Source of the DNA: Terriglobia bacterium
GTDB lineage: Bacteria > Acidobacteriota > Terriglobia > 20CM-2-55-15
Length of the DNA stretch: 64,000 nucleotides
Direction of reading: 5' to 3'
NCBI GenBank assembly: GCA_965218585.1
Contig: CBDCLE010000020.1
Coordinates: 1-64,000, forward strand
The notes under the pieces are model-generated. The model made no database searches, was not told the origin of the DNA, and saw only the letters and a program-made list of their open reading frames with translations. This document shows positions 51,617 through 61,670 of the stretch, piece after piece. The position numbers and the translations under genes are program-made. Position 1 is the first letter of the stretch; each line of letters begins with the position of its first letter.

Positions 51617-51773
51617 CCAGTCGGTCACTATCCTTGGCGAACTCTTCCGGAAGGGTCTTGATCGCGACGTCACGACCAAGTTTCGTGTCCTCGGCACGCC
51701 ACACTTCCCCCATACCTCCTTTACCCAAGAGCGAGAGGAACACTTAGTGGCCGAGTTTGGTGCCGGATTCCAT
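51617..51773 (-). pseudogene. N-terminal remnant of a Hanks-type Ser/Thr protein kinase
   Basis: [52 protein letters not shown], with an internal TAA and cut at the IS1380 CTAG. Confidence 0.88.
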
Positions 51774-51848
51774 GTTTAAAGTGTGTCGCTGAAATAACCG
51801 TGAAAAACTCGGTAAAGGACACTAAGGCAGGAAGTTAGGCGCTATTAA

Positions 51849-51891
51849 ATTCTCAGGTCCTCACAAACGACCTTGTCGGACGTTGAGAATC
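51849..51891 (-). repeat. dif/Xer-like recombination site, copy C (inverted relative to A and B)
   Basis: Minus strand ATTCTCA-ACGTCCGACAA-GGTCGT-TTGTGAGGACC-TGAGAAT. Core at 51856-51883. Left arm identical to copy B. Confidence 0.72.
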
Positions 51892-52442
51892 CGATCTCTA
51901 GAATAAAAAGTCCTAATCTTAGTTCTTGTATTTAATTTCAAGCACTTAGACGTGTACCGCCTATCCGGACATGTGGAATTTGCCCAAGGATCCCGAAGTC
52001 CGCGTCCATCCGGGAAACCTGAAATGTTCCGCAACAATTACCCGCGAAAAACGCCGTTTCGTTTACCGATATGTGCGACAGACGCTCGGGCCTTTTTGTT
52101 TGCTGCTCAACAGGTTCCCAGGACCCTCACGTTTCTCGCTCAACCTGCCCGGACAGTGTCCACAACATCCTCAGATTTGAAGTGCCCGCACGGCCGCGCG
52201 CGGGTTGATATAACACCCATATAACGGCACTTGTCAGAGCTGCCATAGTCGTCAGCCCCTGCTTATATCGCTTATCCGCACGCAAGATCAAACTCTAATA
52301 CGGCTTGATGGTCGTGTGGCCGTCCAGGTAGTCGAAGTAGATCGGCCGGCCGGTCGAGAGCAGGTAATGGAGGTTCCGGAGGTTCCGTTCGCGCCGCGCG
52401 GTACCCCTCCAGTTTGCGTACCGCTCGAAAGTCAGCGCCTGG

Positions 52443-53106
52443 CTTGGTTTCTTCGGCCCGCAGTCCGCTGTAGATACCGTCGGCCCAGACATAGACCCAG
52501 CGATCGGCATCCAATCGCTCCTCGCATCCCCGGCGGTACTGCTCGGCCCAGACCTGTTTCAACCGCGATACCGTGCTCGCCGACAGGCCCTGCGCCTGGG
52601 GTCCGACAAGAACTTTTAGAGCGTCACCCATCTCGCCGCTGGAGACGCCTTTCAAATACAACCACGGCACCGCTGCTTCCAGCGATTTCGTTTTCCGAAT
52701 GTAGGGAGGTACCAGGGCCGACCGGAACGTTACCGGGTCGCCAGTCTTCGCTCGGACTTTCGGGATCTGGACCGTTACCGGCCCCAAACCGGTCTGCAGT
52801 TCACGTTCAGGCAGATAACCGTTGCGCACCACCCCGGCGTTGCCCGTCTCGGTTCTCCGATCGCCGTGGTGGGATAGCAGTTCCGCCAATTCGGTTTCCA
52901 CCGCGCGTTGGATCAGTTGCTGAGCTCCAACTCGTAGTAGCTCTGTTATCGGATCCTCAATCGTCTCTCGACCCTCCGGTCCATTCACGTTACTCTTGCT
53001 CATAGTGGCGTATCTCCCTTGGTTGCTTTGAAGTCTGGTAAACAACAAATCAACCAGATACGCCGCTCTTCCTCAATCCCTTAAACACCAGATTCGGTTA
53101 TAACTC
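52443..53106 (-). mobile_element. Truncated IS256-family element (one end plus 5' part of the transposase, ATG 53003)
   Basis: VRNGYLPER, IPKVR, YLKGVS, WADGIY, then homology stops. Terminal GAGTTATAACCGAATCTGGTGTTT at 53106. Confidence 0.85.
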
Positions 53107-53454
53107 GATGGCGGCGCCTTCGCGCTTAAAGACGGCGTTGCCGAGATAGTGGTCCCCGTGGTCTTGCCCGTTGACGACCCATTTGATAGGGTCGGCCGTT
53201 TTCTTGCGGATCTCCGCCAGCAGCGCTTCGGCGGCGCGCCGATTTCCCTGGGAGTCGACGATGAGTACCCCTTCCTCGGTGATCAGCACGGTGGAGTTGG
53301 AAGCTCCACCCGTGTAGTAGAAGTAGAGGTCGGGGCCGACCGGTGTGAGCGAGAAGGCGCTCTGCGCCTTCATCGCAGACCACTCGCCGCTGACGGCGAT
53401 TCCCAGCAGCAGCGCCAGCAGGACCGTACGCATCATGGGCATGCGCAGTGTCAT
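53107..53454 (-). pseudogene. Metallo-beta-lactamase-fold protein, 3'-truncated by IS256
   Basis: Signal peptide, NSTVLITEEGVLIVD, VVNGQDHGDHYLGN, then runs into the IS end. Confidence 0.8.
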
Positions 53455-53626
53455 GGTGCTTTCCTTTCAGCCGGATTTAGTTTTTTCCCTTCCGGCTCGT
53501 GAGTATACATCCATCTGCCTCTGGCTGAGCCTTTCCAGCGTACGATTATCTCCGGAGGCCAGTTCGCAACTCCGGCAGAGACATTTAATGCATGTTGTTG
53601 CATCGACCGGACCGGTTGAGCCGGCA

Positions 53627-53649
53627 GACATTGTTGGACGTTGAGAATC
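53627..53649 (-). repeat. Partial copy D of the dif-like repeat
   Basis: GACATTGTTGGACGTTGAGAATC versus GACCTTGTCGGACGTTGAGAATC at copy C (21/23). The second arm is degenerate. Confidence 0.6.
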
Positions 53650-53953
53650 ATCCTGATCCACTGTTCGCATTCCAGTCGCCGGCGACGCATTGTCCTTTCG
53701 ACCTTCAAAATCTGAGTTTCCGATTTCAAATTTCGTTTTCCGGCTTTCGAAACCCGCTTCGGACTTTGCAAACTAACCGGGCAAGCTCCGTACTATGGCT
53801 TCCCAGATTCGGTTTCGCCAATAGATCTACGCTTTGTGCTGAGCAGACGTTTCCGACATGCCGGATCCTTCGCTCACCGTGTCGGTAAGTGACGATTGGC
53901 GAGTAAGGTCAGCTATCGGACGGAGGGCGTCTGAGATACCGCGCCTTGCGCTC

Positions 53954-54103
53954 TCAAGGCTGGGGATTCTCGTCGGTATCTTCGAGGCGATTCCGCAGTT
54001 CGTCAATACGCCGGTCGAGGTCTTTCTGCTTGAGCGACATGCGGACCGTGTACGCGAAGAAGATCACGAAGAAAGCCGAGTAAGCAGCGACGAGCCACGT
54101 CAT
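53954..54103 (-). CDS. ccmD: CcmD family heme exporter protein (49 aa), absent from the ORF track
   Basis: MTWLVAAYSAFFVIFFAYTVRMSLKQKDLDRRIDEL...; ATGA overlap with the ccmC stop. Confidence 0.85.
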   Translation of the reverse strand: MTWLVAAYSAFFVIFFAYTVRMSLKQKDLDRRIDELRNRLEDTDENPQP

Positions 54104-54774
54104 CGGGAGAGTACCACCTGTTCGAAGTATTCGACTTGCTGGCTGCTTCGTTCAACATCGAGGCGTCTGCGAAGTAGGTAGGTGTAAAGCAGCAAAAGGG
54201 ACAGAATCGCTCCGAAGAGAACCAGTTGCATGTCGGGATCGAGTCCGGAGCCTTCACCGCCGGCAAGGACGGGAGACGGATGTTGTGTCCGCCACCATCG
54301 GATTGCCATGTAATTGATTGGCACGTCGGCGGCTCCGAGGATGCCGAACGCTGCCTGCAGGGACGCTCGCTTCATCGGATCGGACACATATGCACCCAGC
54401 ATCAGGTACGACACAAAGATAAGCGCCAGTATTAACTGCAACGTCAACCGGGCGTCCCAGGTCCACCAGATGCCCCACACCGGCTTCGCCCAGAGCATCC
54501 CCATCGAGATGTTCGTTGCGATAAACAAGACGCCGATCTCAGCAGAGCAGTGGGCCAGGCGGTCCCACTTCAGCTTTTTGCTGTAGAGGAACATGATGCT
54601 CGAGAAGCCCACGACCATGAACGCAAAGTAGGAAATGACCCCTGCGGGCATATGGATGTAGAAAATGCGTTGAACCGTCCCCATGCTCGCTTCGGTGGGC
54701 GCGTATATGAACGCGCCATAGAACGTGGCCAGCATTCCGACGAGCGTCACGATTCCCAGCTTGCGGTCAGCCAT
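54100..54774 (-). CDS. ccmC: Heme exporter protein C
   Basis: RIFYIHMP, WAKPVWGIWWTWDARLT (WWD domain), WWRTQHP. Confidence 0.95.
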   Translation of the reverse strand: MADRKLGIVTLVGMLATFYGAFIYAPTEASMGTVQRIFYIHMPAGVISYFAFMVVGFSSIMFLYSKKLKWDRLAHCSAEIGVLFIATNISMGMLWAKPVWGIWWTWDARLTLQLILALIFVSYLMLGAYVSDPMKRASLQAAFGILGAADVPINYMAIRWWRTQHPSPVLAGGEGSGLDPDMQLVLFGAILSLLLLYTYLLRRRLDVERSSQQVEYFEQVVLSR

Positions 54775-54789
54775 AGTGGCTATCTCCTC

Positions 54790-55455
54790 TCATTCCTCTA
54801 CCACGTATTCGAACACAAGGTACGAAATTACGAAAAAGATGATATCAAAACCGATCACCAAGTTCACCCACGAGGAATACCCTCCGTCTTCGTCTCCGAG
54901 CGCGGCGCCGGTAGCAGCGACGGCGGCCAGGACGAGCGGGAGCGTCAGGGGGAGCTGGAGAACGGGAAGCATGACTTCGCTCATGCGGGTGTGCGAAGAG
55001 ATCATCGAAAGGATCGTGCCGACCGCGGCAAACCCAGCCGTACCGAAAATCATGATCAGAATGACCCACAGCAGGCGGGCATCCACCGGGAGATCATAGA
55101 AGATTACGAAGAATACGAAGATCACGACGTCGGAGAGCAACATGAACAGGAAATTGCTGACGACCTTTCCTGTGTACAGCGTTCCCCGGTCTACCGGGGC
55201 CAGCAGCAATCCCTGGAGGGAATCGTTGTCCAGGTCGATCGCGAGCGAGCGGTTGAGGCCGAGTATTCCAGCAAACGTCAGTGCAACCCAGAGCACACCC
55301 GGAGCGATGAGGACACGTTCGGTCCCGGCTGGCTCAAAAGCGAAATTGAAGATCACCATGACCAGGAGCCCGAACATCATCATGGAGACGACGGTTTCCT
55401 TCCGGCGCAATTCCAGTACGATGTCTTTGCGGATTAAGGCGATGAGCGCGTTCAC
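54790..55455 (-). CDS. ccmB: Heme exporter protein B
   Basis: KDIVLELR, GVLWV, LLLAP, GK, LPVLQLPL. Confidence 0.92.
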   Translation of the reverse strand: MNALIALIRKDIVLELRRKETVVSMMMFGLLVMVIFNFAFEPAGTERVLIAPGVLWVALTFAGILGLNRSLAIDLDNDSLQGLLLAPVDRGTLYTGKVVSNFLFMLLSDVVIFVFFVIFYDLPVDARLLWVILIMIFGTAGFAAVGTILSMISSHTRMSEVMLPVLQLPLTLPLVLAAVAATGAALGDEDGGYSSWVNLVIGFDIIFFVISYLVFEYVVEE

Positions 55456-56168
55456 TGCCGATCCTTCCGTCGAACGTACCGCTCGTAGGCTTCTCGGACA
55501 CCGGGGTCGGCGGCCTCTCCCGAATGCACGATCGTGCCCCGGTCGATGATGTGGACGTGGTTCGCACCGCGCAGACCCAGTTCGAGGTCATGCGTTGTCA
55601 GAAGTACGGTTCGTCCTTCGCCGACCGCTTCATCCAGCATCCGGTTCAGGATTTCGACCGCATTGGCGTCGAGCCCCGTGTAGGGTTCGTCGAGGAGAAG
55701 CACGCGGGGATTGTGCAACATGACCCGGGCAATGCCGGCGCGCTGCAGAAGGCCGCGGGAAAACGTGCGTACAGGGTCGTTCCGTCTCCTGCCGAGACCG
55801 ACTCTTTCGATCAATCCATCGATCTCGTCCTGTGTCTGGTCGAGTCCGTAGAGTTTAGAAAAAAAAGCCAGGTTTTCTCTCGGGGTCAGATCCCGGTAAA
55901 CGTAGGTGTTGTGTGAGAGAAGTCCGATCGAACGGCGTGCCTCCTCGGGTTCTTCTCCAATGTCGGCCCCGCAGATGGAAAGCGTTCCATTGCTCGGCTT
56001 CGCCAGCGTTGCGGCAATTTTCAGAAATGTGGTCTTGCCGGCGCCGTTTCTGCCAAACAAAGTCACGGACACGCCCTGGGGCACTTCGAGATCAACCTTG
56101 CGGAGGGCGGGGAAGTGGCCGTAGGTCTTCTGTATTCCTTTGGCCTCGACGGCGAGGGTGTCAGTCAT
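55452..56168 (-). CDS. ccmA: Heme ABC exporter ATP-binding protein
   Basis: GRNGAGKTT, FSRG, LLDEPYTGLD; position within the operon. Confidence 0.9.
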   Translation of the reverse strand: MTDTLAVEAKGIQKTYGHFPALRKVDLEVPQGVSVTLFGRNGAGKTTFLKIAATLAKPSNGTLSICGADIGEEPEEARRSIGLLSHNTYVYRDLTPRENLAFFSKLYGLDQTQDEIDGLIERVGLGRRRNDPVRTFSRGLLQRAGIARVMLHNPRVLLLDEPYTGLDANAVEILNRMLDEAVGEGRTVLLTTHDLELGLRGANHVHIIDRGTIVHSGEAADPGVREAYERYVRRKDRQ

Positions 56169-56220
56169 TAGCAATTGTGAGGAGTGGCTGATGGCGAGCT
56201 TGATTCTGGGAATCAAGCTT

Positions 56221-56592
56221 CTACGCGTGCTTCTTCTCCCGAGGCGAGGACTGAATTTTTCCGATCACGCGTGACAACTCTCCCCGCAGTTCTTTCATGC
56301 GCCTTTTGTGACGATCCTTACTGATGGTACCCGATTCCCGTGCCGTTTCGAGTTCCGTGATCTTGTCGAGGATAGTTTCGCGGTGCCTGACGAGATCCCG
56401 ACGGTCCTTTTTATGGGTGCGTTCCTTCATTATCTGAGCGGAGTAACTCGCAGCCCAGACCAGGAAAGCTGCGGTGATCAATATAATGAAAAGCGTGTGA
56501 GCAGCCATCGGGTTGGGAACCTGAATCGGAGCCTGAGCCCGGGCCGGTATGGCGAGTGCGAGGACGAGGGCGAACGTAACGAGACTCCACAT
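56221..56592 (-). CDS. Membrane hypothetical protein in the ccm operon
   Basis: Signal/TM segments plus a coiled coil (RETILDKITELE...GTISKD). Confidence 0.7.
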   Translation of the reverse strand: MWSLVTFALVLALAIPARAQAPIQVPNPMAAHTLFIILITAAFLVWAASYSAQIMKERTHKKDRRDLVRHRETILDKITELETARESGTISKDRHKRRMKELRGELSRVIGKIQSSPREKKHA

Positions 56593-56601
56593 CGATGGTC
56601 G

Positions 56602-57021
56602 TTAGTCCAGATTCCTGCCGCAGTCGGCGCAGAACTTGTTCTTAGGCGGATTCGGATGACCGCAGCCTGAGCAGACACGGGAATTGGCCACACGCTCTTT
56701 CCTTGAGCCCACTTCCCGGCGGATCAGGGCGTCGAGATCCTGAGATGACTCGATCCGATCTATGTGGCTCATGACTGCCGCCGCTTCGGCGGCCATCTCT
56801 TCTCGAATCTTCTGATAGTCTTCCTCGGAAAGCTTGCCGCACTTGTACTCGAAATCGAGATCCTGAATGTTGCCGAGTATCACGTCCTTTTTACGTTGGA
56901 GCAGGTCCCACTCAGTTTCTTCGAGTATCGAGGATTCGATCGAGTCGTCCCGGGCGAAGAGCGGCCAGCAGATGGCGGTGAGAACGCCGCCCGTCAGGAG
57001 TCCGGAGAATAAATAGATCAT
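56602..57021 (-). CDS. CcmI-like N-terminal anchor plus zinc-ribbon protein
   Basis: TM helix ending WPL, DLDFEYKCGKLSEEDY, C-terminal CSGCG...FCADCG. Confidence 0.75.
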   Translation of the reverse strand: MIYLFSGLLTGGVLTAICWPLFARDDSIESSILEETEWDLLQRKKDVILGNIQDLDFEYKCGKLSEEDYQKIREEMAAEAAAVMSHIDRIESSQDLDALIRREVGSRKERVANSRVCSGCGHPNPPKNKFCADCGRNLD

Positions 57022-57030
57022 GGAAACCGG

Positions 57031-57528
57031 CTAGTCTTCCGGTATGAAATCGGCGAGTTCGTCTTCGAGCCGCTGCTGGAATTCCTTTGCTCCATCTTCT
57101 CCAAACACCGGTACTGTCTTGGTAAAGCGACTTCGGAAACGTCTCGCGTAATACGCTACAAGTCCGAGGCCAAAGGCCAGGGCAGCGAACGGCATTAGCC
57201 ACGAGGCGATGTTGAATGCGCCCGCCGTCGGTGGGGCTGCGAGGATAATCAGGCCATACTTCTCAGCAAAACGTCCCAGGATCGATTCCTGGTCCAGGCC
57301 GTCCTCGATCATGCCGTCGACTTCTGCGCGCATCGGGATTCCATTCGGGCAGGCAACCATGCTGCACACGCCTAGACCCTGATTGCAACTGCAGTTGCAC
57401 ATCAGCTCGCCGTAAACTACTTCGGGCTCGACGGTGTCGGCTTCCAGCCGCGCACATCCCGCCGCTGTCAGCAGCACCAGGAAAAGCGGGAGGCTAAGCG
57501 TGTACTTTTTCAGTTTCACGGGTTTCAT
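57031..57528 (-). CDS. ccmH: Cytochrome c biogenesis protein CcmH-like
   Basis: LMCNCSC...C...C, MRAEV, KYG..ILAAPP, WLMP TM helix. Confidence 0.78.
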   Translation of the reverse strand: MKPVKLKKYTLSLPLFLVLLTAAGCARLEADTVEPEVVYGELMCNCSCNQGLGVCSMVACPNGIPMRAEVDGMIEDGLDQESILGRFAEKYGLIILAAPPTAGAFNIASWLMPFAALAFGLGLVAYYARRFRSRFTKTVPVFGEDGAKEFQQRLEDELADFIPED

Positions 57529-59533
57529 CACTTTCTTTCTCACGTGAGGTCTTTTCTCGCTTGGACGTTCCCGGCCCCTTGTTGGGAAGCAAGGCAATCA
57601 ATGTCCCCAGTCCTACGACAAACCCGCCAATCCACACCCAGGTCACCAGCGGGTTGCGATACACCTGCATGATGGCGAGATTTGCCTGGGAGACACCTGC
57701 GAAGACCAGATACAGGTCATCCTGCAGAGTGGCGCGTATAGAGACCTCATGGGTAGTTTGATCGATCGCCCGGTAGGAGCGGATCTCAGGGAACATAGTG
57801 GCGACCTGGACCCCGTTCTTGAAAAGGCTGACATGGGCCCGGGTGAGGTCGTAGTTTTCTGTCCGTTCCGATTCGAAGTTCTCGGGTCGAAGAGTGTAGG
57901 GGCCGAGCGTGATCGTGTCTCCGACGTCGACTTCTTCCTGAATCTCAACATTGAAGACCTGTCCCGTGAAGCCGACGAACATGAGAATGATGCCGAAGTG
58001 GACGACGTAGCCTCCATAGCGGCGCGTATTTCGAAGGGTCAGGTTGACCAGGGCTTCGATCGGGCCTTCCCCCGTGCTCGACTGGCGTGCCCGGGCTCCT
58101 TTGAAAAACTCCTGGAAGATCGTCATCGACACAAAAATCGCCAGCGTGAGCGATATCAGTGCGTACGCGCTGTCGACGCCAGAAGCGGCGAGGGCGATGC
58201 CGCCCGCCAGGGCAACGATTACCGGGTACAGGAACGCCCGCTTGAGGCTACTCGGCGAAGAGCGTCTCCAGGCCAGCAGCGGGCCGATACCGCTCAGGAA
58301 CAGGAGTCCCAGTCCGATGGGGATCATGATCGTGTTGAACCAGGGTGCGGCAACGGTGACCTTCACGCCCTGGATCCACTCTGAAAGCACGGGAAGCATC
58401 GTCCCGAACAGAACTGCGAAGCAGGCGGCAACGAAGAGAAGGTTGTTCAGCATGAAGCTGCTTTCGCGCGAGGCGAACGACTCCATCGTGTTCTCTGTCT
58501 TCAGGTAGCTCAAGCGGTCGAACAGGAGGTACATGGAGCCCGACACGGCGAGAATAATGTACGCCAGAAAGTAACCGCCGATCGGAGACTCGGCGAAGGC
58601 GTGTACCGAAGAAACGACGCCGCTGCGTGTGAGGAAGGTGCCGAATATAGCTGCGGTGTAGGTCAGGATCACCAGGACGATGTTCCACACCTTCATCATG
58701 CCTTTCTTTTCCTGGATCATCACCGAGTGAAGAAACGCCGTTCCCAGAAGCCAGGGCATCAAAGAGGAGTTCTCTACCGGGTCCCAAGCCCAGTAACCGC
58801 CCCAGCCCAGTTCCACGTAAGCCCAGGCTCCTCCCAACACGATTCCCGTACCCAGGAAGAACCATGAAACCATCGTCCATCGACGTGTCGTCCGGATCCA
58901 GGTGTCTCCCATCTGCCGACTCGCCATGGCAGCCATAGCGAATGCGAACGGGACGGAAAATCCAACGAACCCCAGGTACAACATGGGTGGGTGGATGACC
59001 ATCATGAAATACTGAAGCAGGGGATTGAGTCCCCGGCCATCCGCGGCCGTAAACGCCCGCATGGTTCCGTCACCCGCCACGGTGACAAACTCATTGAACG
59101 GGTTTGCGACAAACAAGTTCAGCGATGTGAAGAAAAGTGCCCCTCCCATCATTACGGCGACTACGTACGGCATCATGGCGGTGTGCCGCTTTCGGTTCTG
59201 GACGAAGACTATTGCCGAATAGAGGCTGAGCAACCAGCCCCAGAGCAGGAGCGATCCCTCCTGTCCGCCCCATATCGCTGAAATCTTATAGAAGAGAGGG
59301 AGGTCTCGATTTGAGTTGCCCTGGATGTAAGCGATGGAGAAATCGTTTATGAGAAACAGGTAACCAAGGGATAAGATCGCGACGGAAAGAGAGACGAATA
59401 CGCCGATGCCCGCGTTCCGGCCACTGGCGATGATGCGGTCGTTCTTAATGCGTATGCCGTACAACGACGCGGCAATCGCGTACACTGCGACCGTGAAGGC
59501 GAGCGCGAGGGCAAACTGCCCTAGTTGAGCCAT
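57494..59533 (-). CDS. ccmF: Heme lyase CcmF
   Basis: WGGQEGSLLLW, IHPP, WAYVELGWGGYWAWDPVEN, RSGVVSSVHAF. Confidence 0.97.
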   Translation of the reverse strand: MAQLGQFALALAFTVAVYAIAASLYGIRIKNDRIIASGRNAGIGVFVSLSVAILSLGYLFLINDFSIAYIQGNSNRDLPLFYKISAIWGGQEGSLLLWGWLLSLYSAIVFVQNRKRHTAMMPYVVAVMMGGALFFTSLNLFVANPFNEFVTVAGDGTMRAFTAADGRGLNPLLQYFMMVIHPPMLYLGFVGFSVPFAFAMAAMASRQMGDTWIRTTRRWTMVSWFFLGTGIVLGGAWAYVELGWGGYWAWDPVENSSLMPWLLGTAFLHSVMIQEKKGMMKVWNIVLVILTYTAAIFGTFLTRSGVVSSVHAFAESPIGGYFLAYIILAVSGSMYLLFDRLSYLKTENTMESFASRESSFMLNNLLFVAACFAVLFGTMLPVLSEWIQGVKVTVAAPWFNTIMIPIGLGLLFLSGIGPLLAWRRSSPSSLKRAFLYPVIVALAGGIALAASGVDSAYALISLTLAIFVSMTIFQEFFKGARARQSSTGEGPIEALVNLTLRNTRRYGGYVVHFGIILMFVGFTGQVFNVEIQEEVDVGDTITLGPYTLRPENFESERTENYDLTRAHVSLFKNGVQVATMFPEIRSYRAIDQTTHEVSIRATLQDDLYLVFAGVSQANLAIMQVYRNPLVTWVWIGGFVVGLGTLIALLPNKGPGTSKREKTSREKESDETRETEKVHA

Positions 59534-59545
59534 GAATCCGTTCCC

Positions 59546-60007
59546 CTAGAGTCCGCTTCCAACGATGGGAGCAGGGGGGTCTAACTGTGTGGTTTCCGGA
59601 AGGACAATGCCGGCCTCAAGCTCGCGTTCGTACTTGGACGCGCACTTGGCCTGCAACTTGGTAGCCGTGAAGAGACCATCTCCGTTGTATTCCCCATCAA
59701 CGACTGCTTCCGCGTAGTCTCTGAATGTGTCGGGAACGGGGTCGGTGCCAACGTAATGCACGGTCAGGAACTGGTCGCCTTCACTGATGACGAATTCGAC
59801 CTTATCGCCGCTGATCTCGATGGTTCCCGGGACAACCTCGCCGGCAACCTTTAGTCGATCTGCGTCGAGGGTGTCCGCCATGGCATAGAGTTCGGACACC
59901 GTCTGAAAGTATGCTCCGGTCTGCTGCAGAGCAGAATAGCCAATCCACGTCAAGGCCAGAACGATGATACTCGGTCCCAAGATAAACTTTAATTGCTTGC
60001 GCGACAT
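59546..60007 (-). CDS. ccmE: Heme chaperone CcmE (CxxxY variant)
   Basis: N-terminal TM helix, GEVVPGT, PDTF, AKCASKY. Confidence 0.92.
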   Translation of the reverse strand: MSRKQLKFILGPSIIVLALTWIGYSALQQTGAYFQTVSELYAMADTLDADRLKVAGEVVPGTIEISGDKVEFVISEGDQFLTVHYVGTDPVPDTFRDYAEAVVDGEYNGDGLFTATKLQAKCASKYERELEAGIVLPETTQLDPPAPIVGSGL

Positions 60008-60273
60008 AGGTTTGCCTCTCCTCTGGAATATGTTGGCATCCTATCAGCTTGCCTGTAACGGACTCTGTAACGGCTGCTACGATACATTCTACCGAAACTT
60101 GGCAGTGAAACTTAAGTTTTTTCGTTGTTTTGGGTGGGGGAACGTCAGCGGCAAGTGCAAAGAGGCCCCGCACTGTCTTCCGTGCGAGGCGAGCCGAGGC
60201 GTCAGCGTAACAGGGCTGAGGATCCCATCGGTACAACCGCTCTCGGTTTGTTCTCGGGACCAAAAAGAGGACA

Positions 60274-60696
60274 CTAACCCCCTTCCCGACTTCGAGTAGA
60301 CCTCCGGATGCTCAAAACGACAAAAAAGATCGCAGTGGATAGTCCGGCTGAAGTGAGGCAGTACCCGCAATAGGCTTCCAGCACAAACACCTGGATTCCT
60401 GTCAGGCCCACTGAAACCGTGAAGGCCGCGGCTGCGGGCCAGAAAATCAGGCGGAGCGCATCGCTTCCTCCGAAGACCTCAAAAACCGCTGCCGTGAAGA
60501 CCGCGAAGTAAAATGCCAGTCCGAACCACGAGAGCGGAATCCCCCCCAGTTCCGAATAGGCACTGTTGAGTACGTCTCCGCAACCCTCGGTGACGTAGCA
60601 GGGAATTGGTCCCGAATCGCGGGACAGGGAAAGGTAGAGCGTATCGACCATCCCTGCAAATGAAAGAGCGAGAACCCCTCCGCCACTGAAGTTCAT
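60274..60696 (-). CDS. Vitamin K epoxide reductase (VKOR) family protein
   Basis: Loop Cys pair PCYVTEGCGDVLNSAYS, GIPLS, CGYC. Confidence 0.9.
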   Translation of the reverse strand: MNFSGGGVLALSFAGMVDTLYLSLSRDSGPIPCYVTEGCGDVLNSAYSELGGIPLSWFGLAFYFAVFTAAVFEVFGGSDALRLIFWPAAAAFTVSVGLTGIQVFVLEAYCGYCLTSAGLSTAIFFVVLSIRRSTRSREGG

Positions 60697-61397
60697 TCTG
60701 TGTCTGGGATAGCCGAAGCGATCGCGTTTTCAAATTCTCCGAACGTTCGTGGCAGCGGAAGCATCTGGTCGTTGACAAAGAACGTTGGTGTGCCCGGTAA
60801 CTGCATCTGCTGGGCGCGTTCCAGGTCGGCCAGGACGCGTGCTTGGGGACCCCCGGACTGATACGCAGCTTCGAACCGCCCACGGTCTAACCCCAAGCGC
60901 TCCGCGTAGGTGATGAACTGCTGTTCGGGACTGGGATGGTTCGACCATTGAGTTTGAAGTTCAAACAGCAGGTCGTACATTTCCCAGAAAGCATCCTGTT
61001 CTGCAGCAGATTCTGCTGCGATGGCGGCAGGCAGGGCGTTGGGGTGGATCGCGATCAGGGGGAAGTGATGAAACTCGAGTTGCAGCTGGTCCGGGAACCG
61101 GGCCAGCAGTTCGTTGACTACAGGATGAAATACACCACACGTCGGGCACTGGAAATCACCAAACTCTACCAGCGTGACAACTGCGTCTTCAGGACCTTTA
61201 ACGCGAAGGCTGTTTGTTTGAGCCTCATCTGAAGTCTGCAGGTTTACCCCGGCGCCTGGGGTTTCCTCCGCTGCACCCTGAGAAAGGAACGCGGCTATAG
61301 CGACGGCCGCGAACACGCCAAGCACCAGAACGGCTATCGGTTTTGTTTTCGACCCTCTGGCGGTTCTCTTCGACGATGGGTTTGGATTCTTGGTCAT
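60693..61397 (-). CDS. DsbA-family thioredoxin (membrane-anchored)
   Basis: EFGDFQCPTC, HFPL, GTPTFFVN. Confidence 0.92.
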   Translation of the reverse strand: MTKNPNPSSKRTARGSKTKPIAVLVLGVFAAVAIAAFLSQGAAEETPGAGVNLQTSDEAQTNSLRVKGPEDAVVTLVEFGDFQCPTCGVFHPVVNELLARFPDQLQLEFHHFPLIAIHPNALPAAIAAESAAEQDAFWEMYDLLFELQTQWSNHPSPEQQFITYAERLGLDRGRFEAAYQSGGPQARVLADLERAQQMQLPGTPTFFVNDQMLPLPRTFGEFENAIASAIPDTE

Positions 61398-61670
61398 GGC
61401 CCCATACTAATACGCCGGGTGGCAACTGTCACGGGGGCTCTGGTGTGGTTCAGCTACATCGGGTCCGGTTCCGGTCCGGTTCCGATGTCGGACTCGGAAT
61501 ACCTTAGATCGAAGGTCTAGAGCTCCGCCCCTAGGGGCTTCGGCGATGGGAGTGAGCGAGAAACGTAGAAAAAAATACGAAGAAGTGTAGAAAGCACTTG
61601 AAATCCCTGCGTCACCCGACAACAATGCTTATGTCTCGTGTTCGAGACAATTTTCTTCTAGTGAGTACAA

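Noticed and set aside
61520-61532. GAGCTCCGCCCCT shared (inverted) with 25771-25783
   Set aside because: Only 13 bp in two copies. It could be a REP-like motif but cannot be supported from this window.
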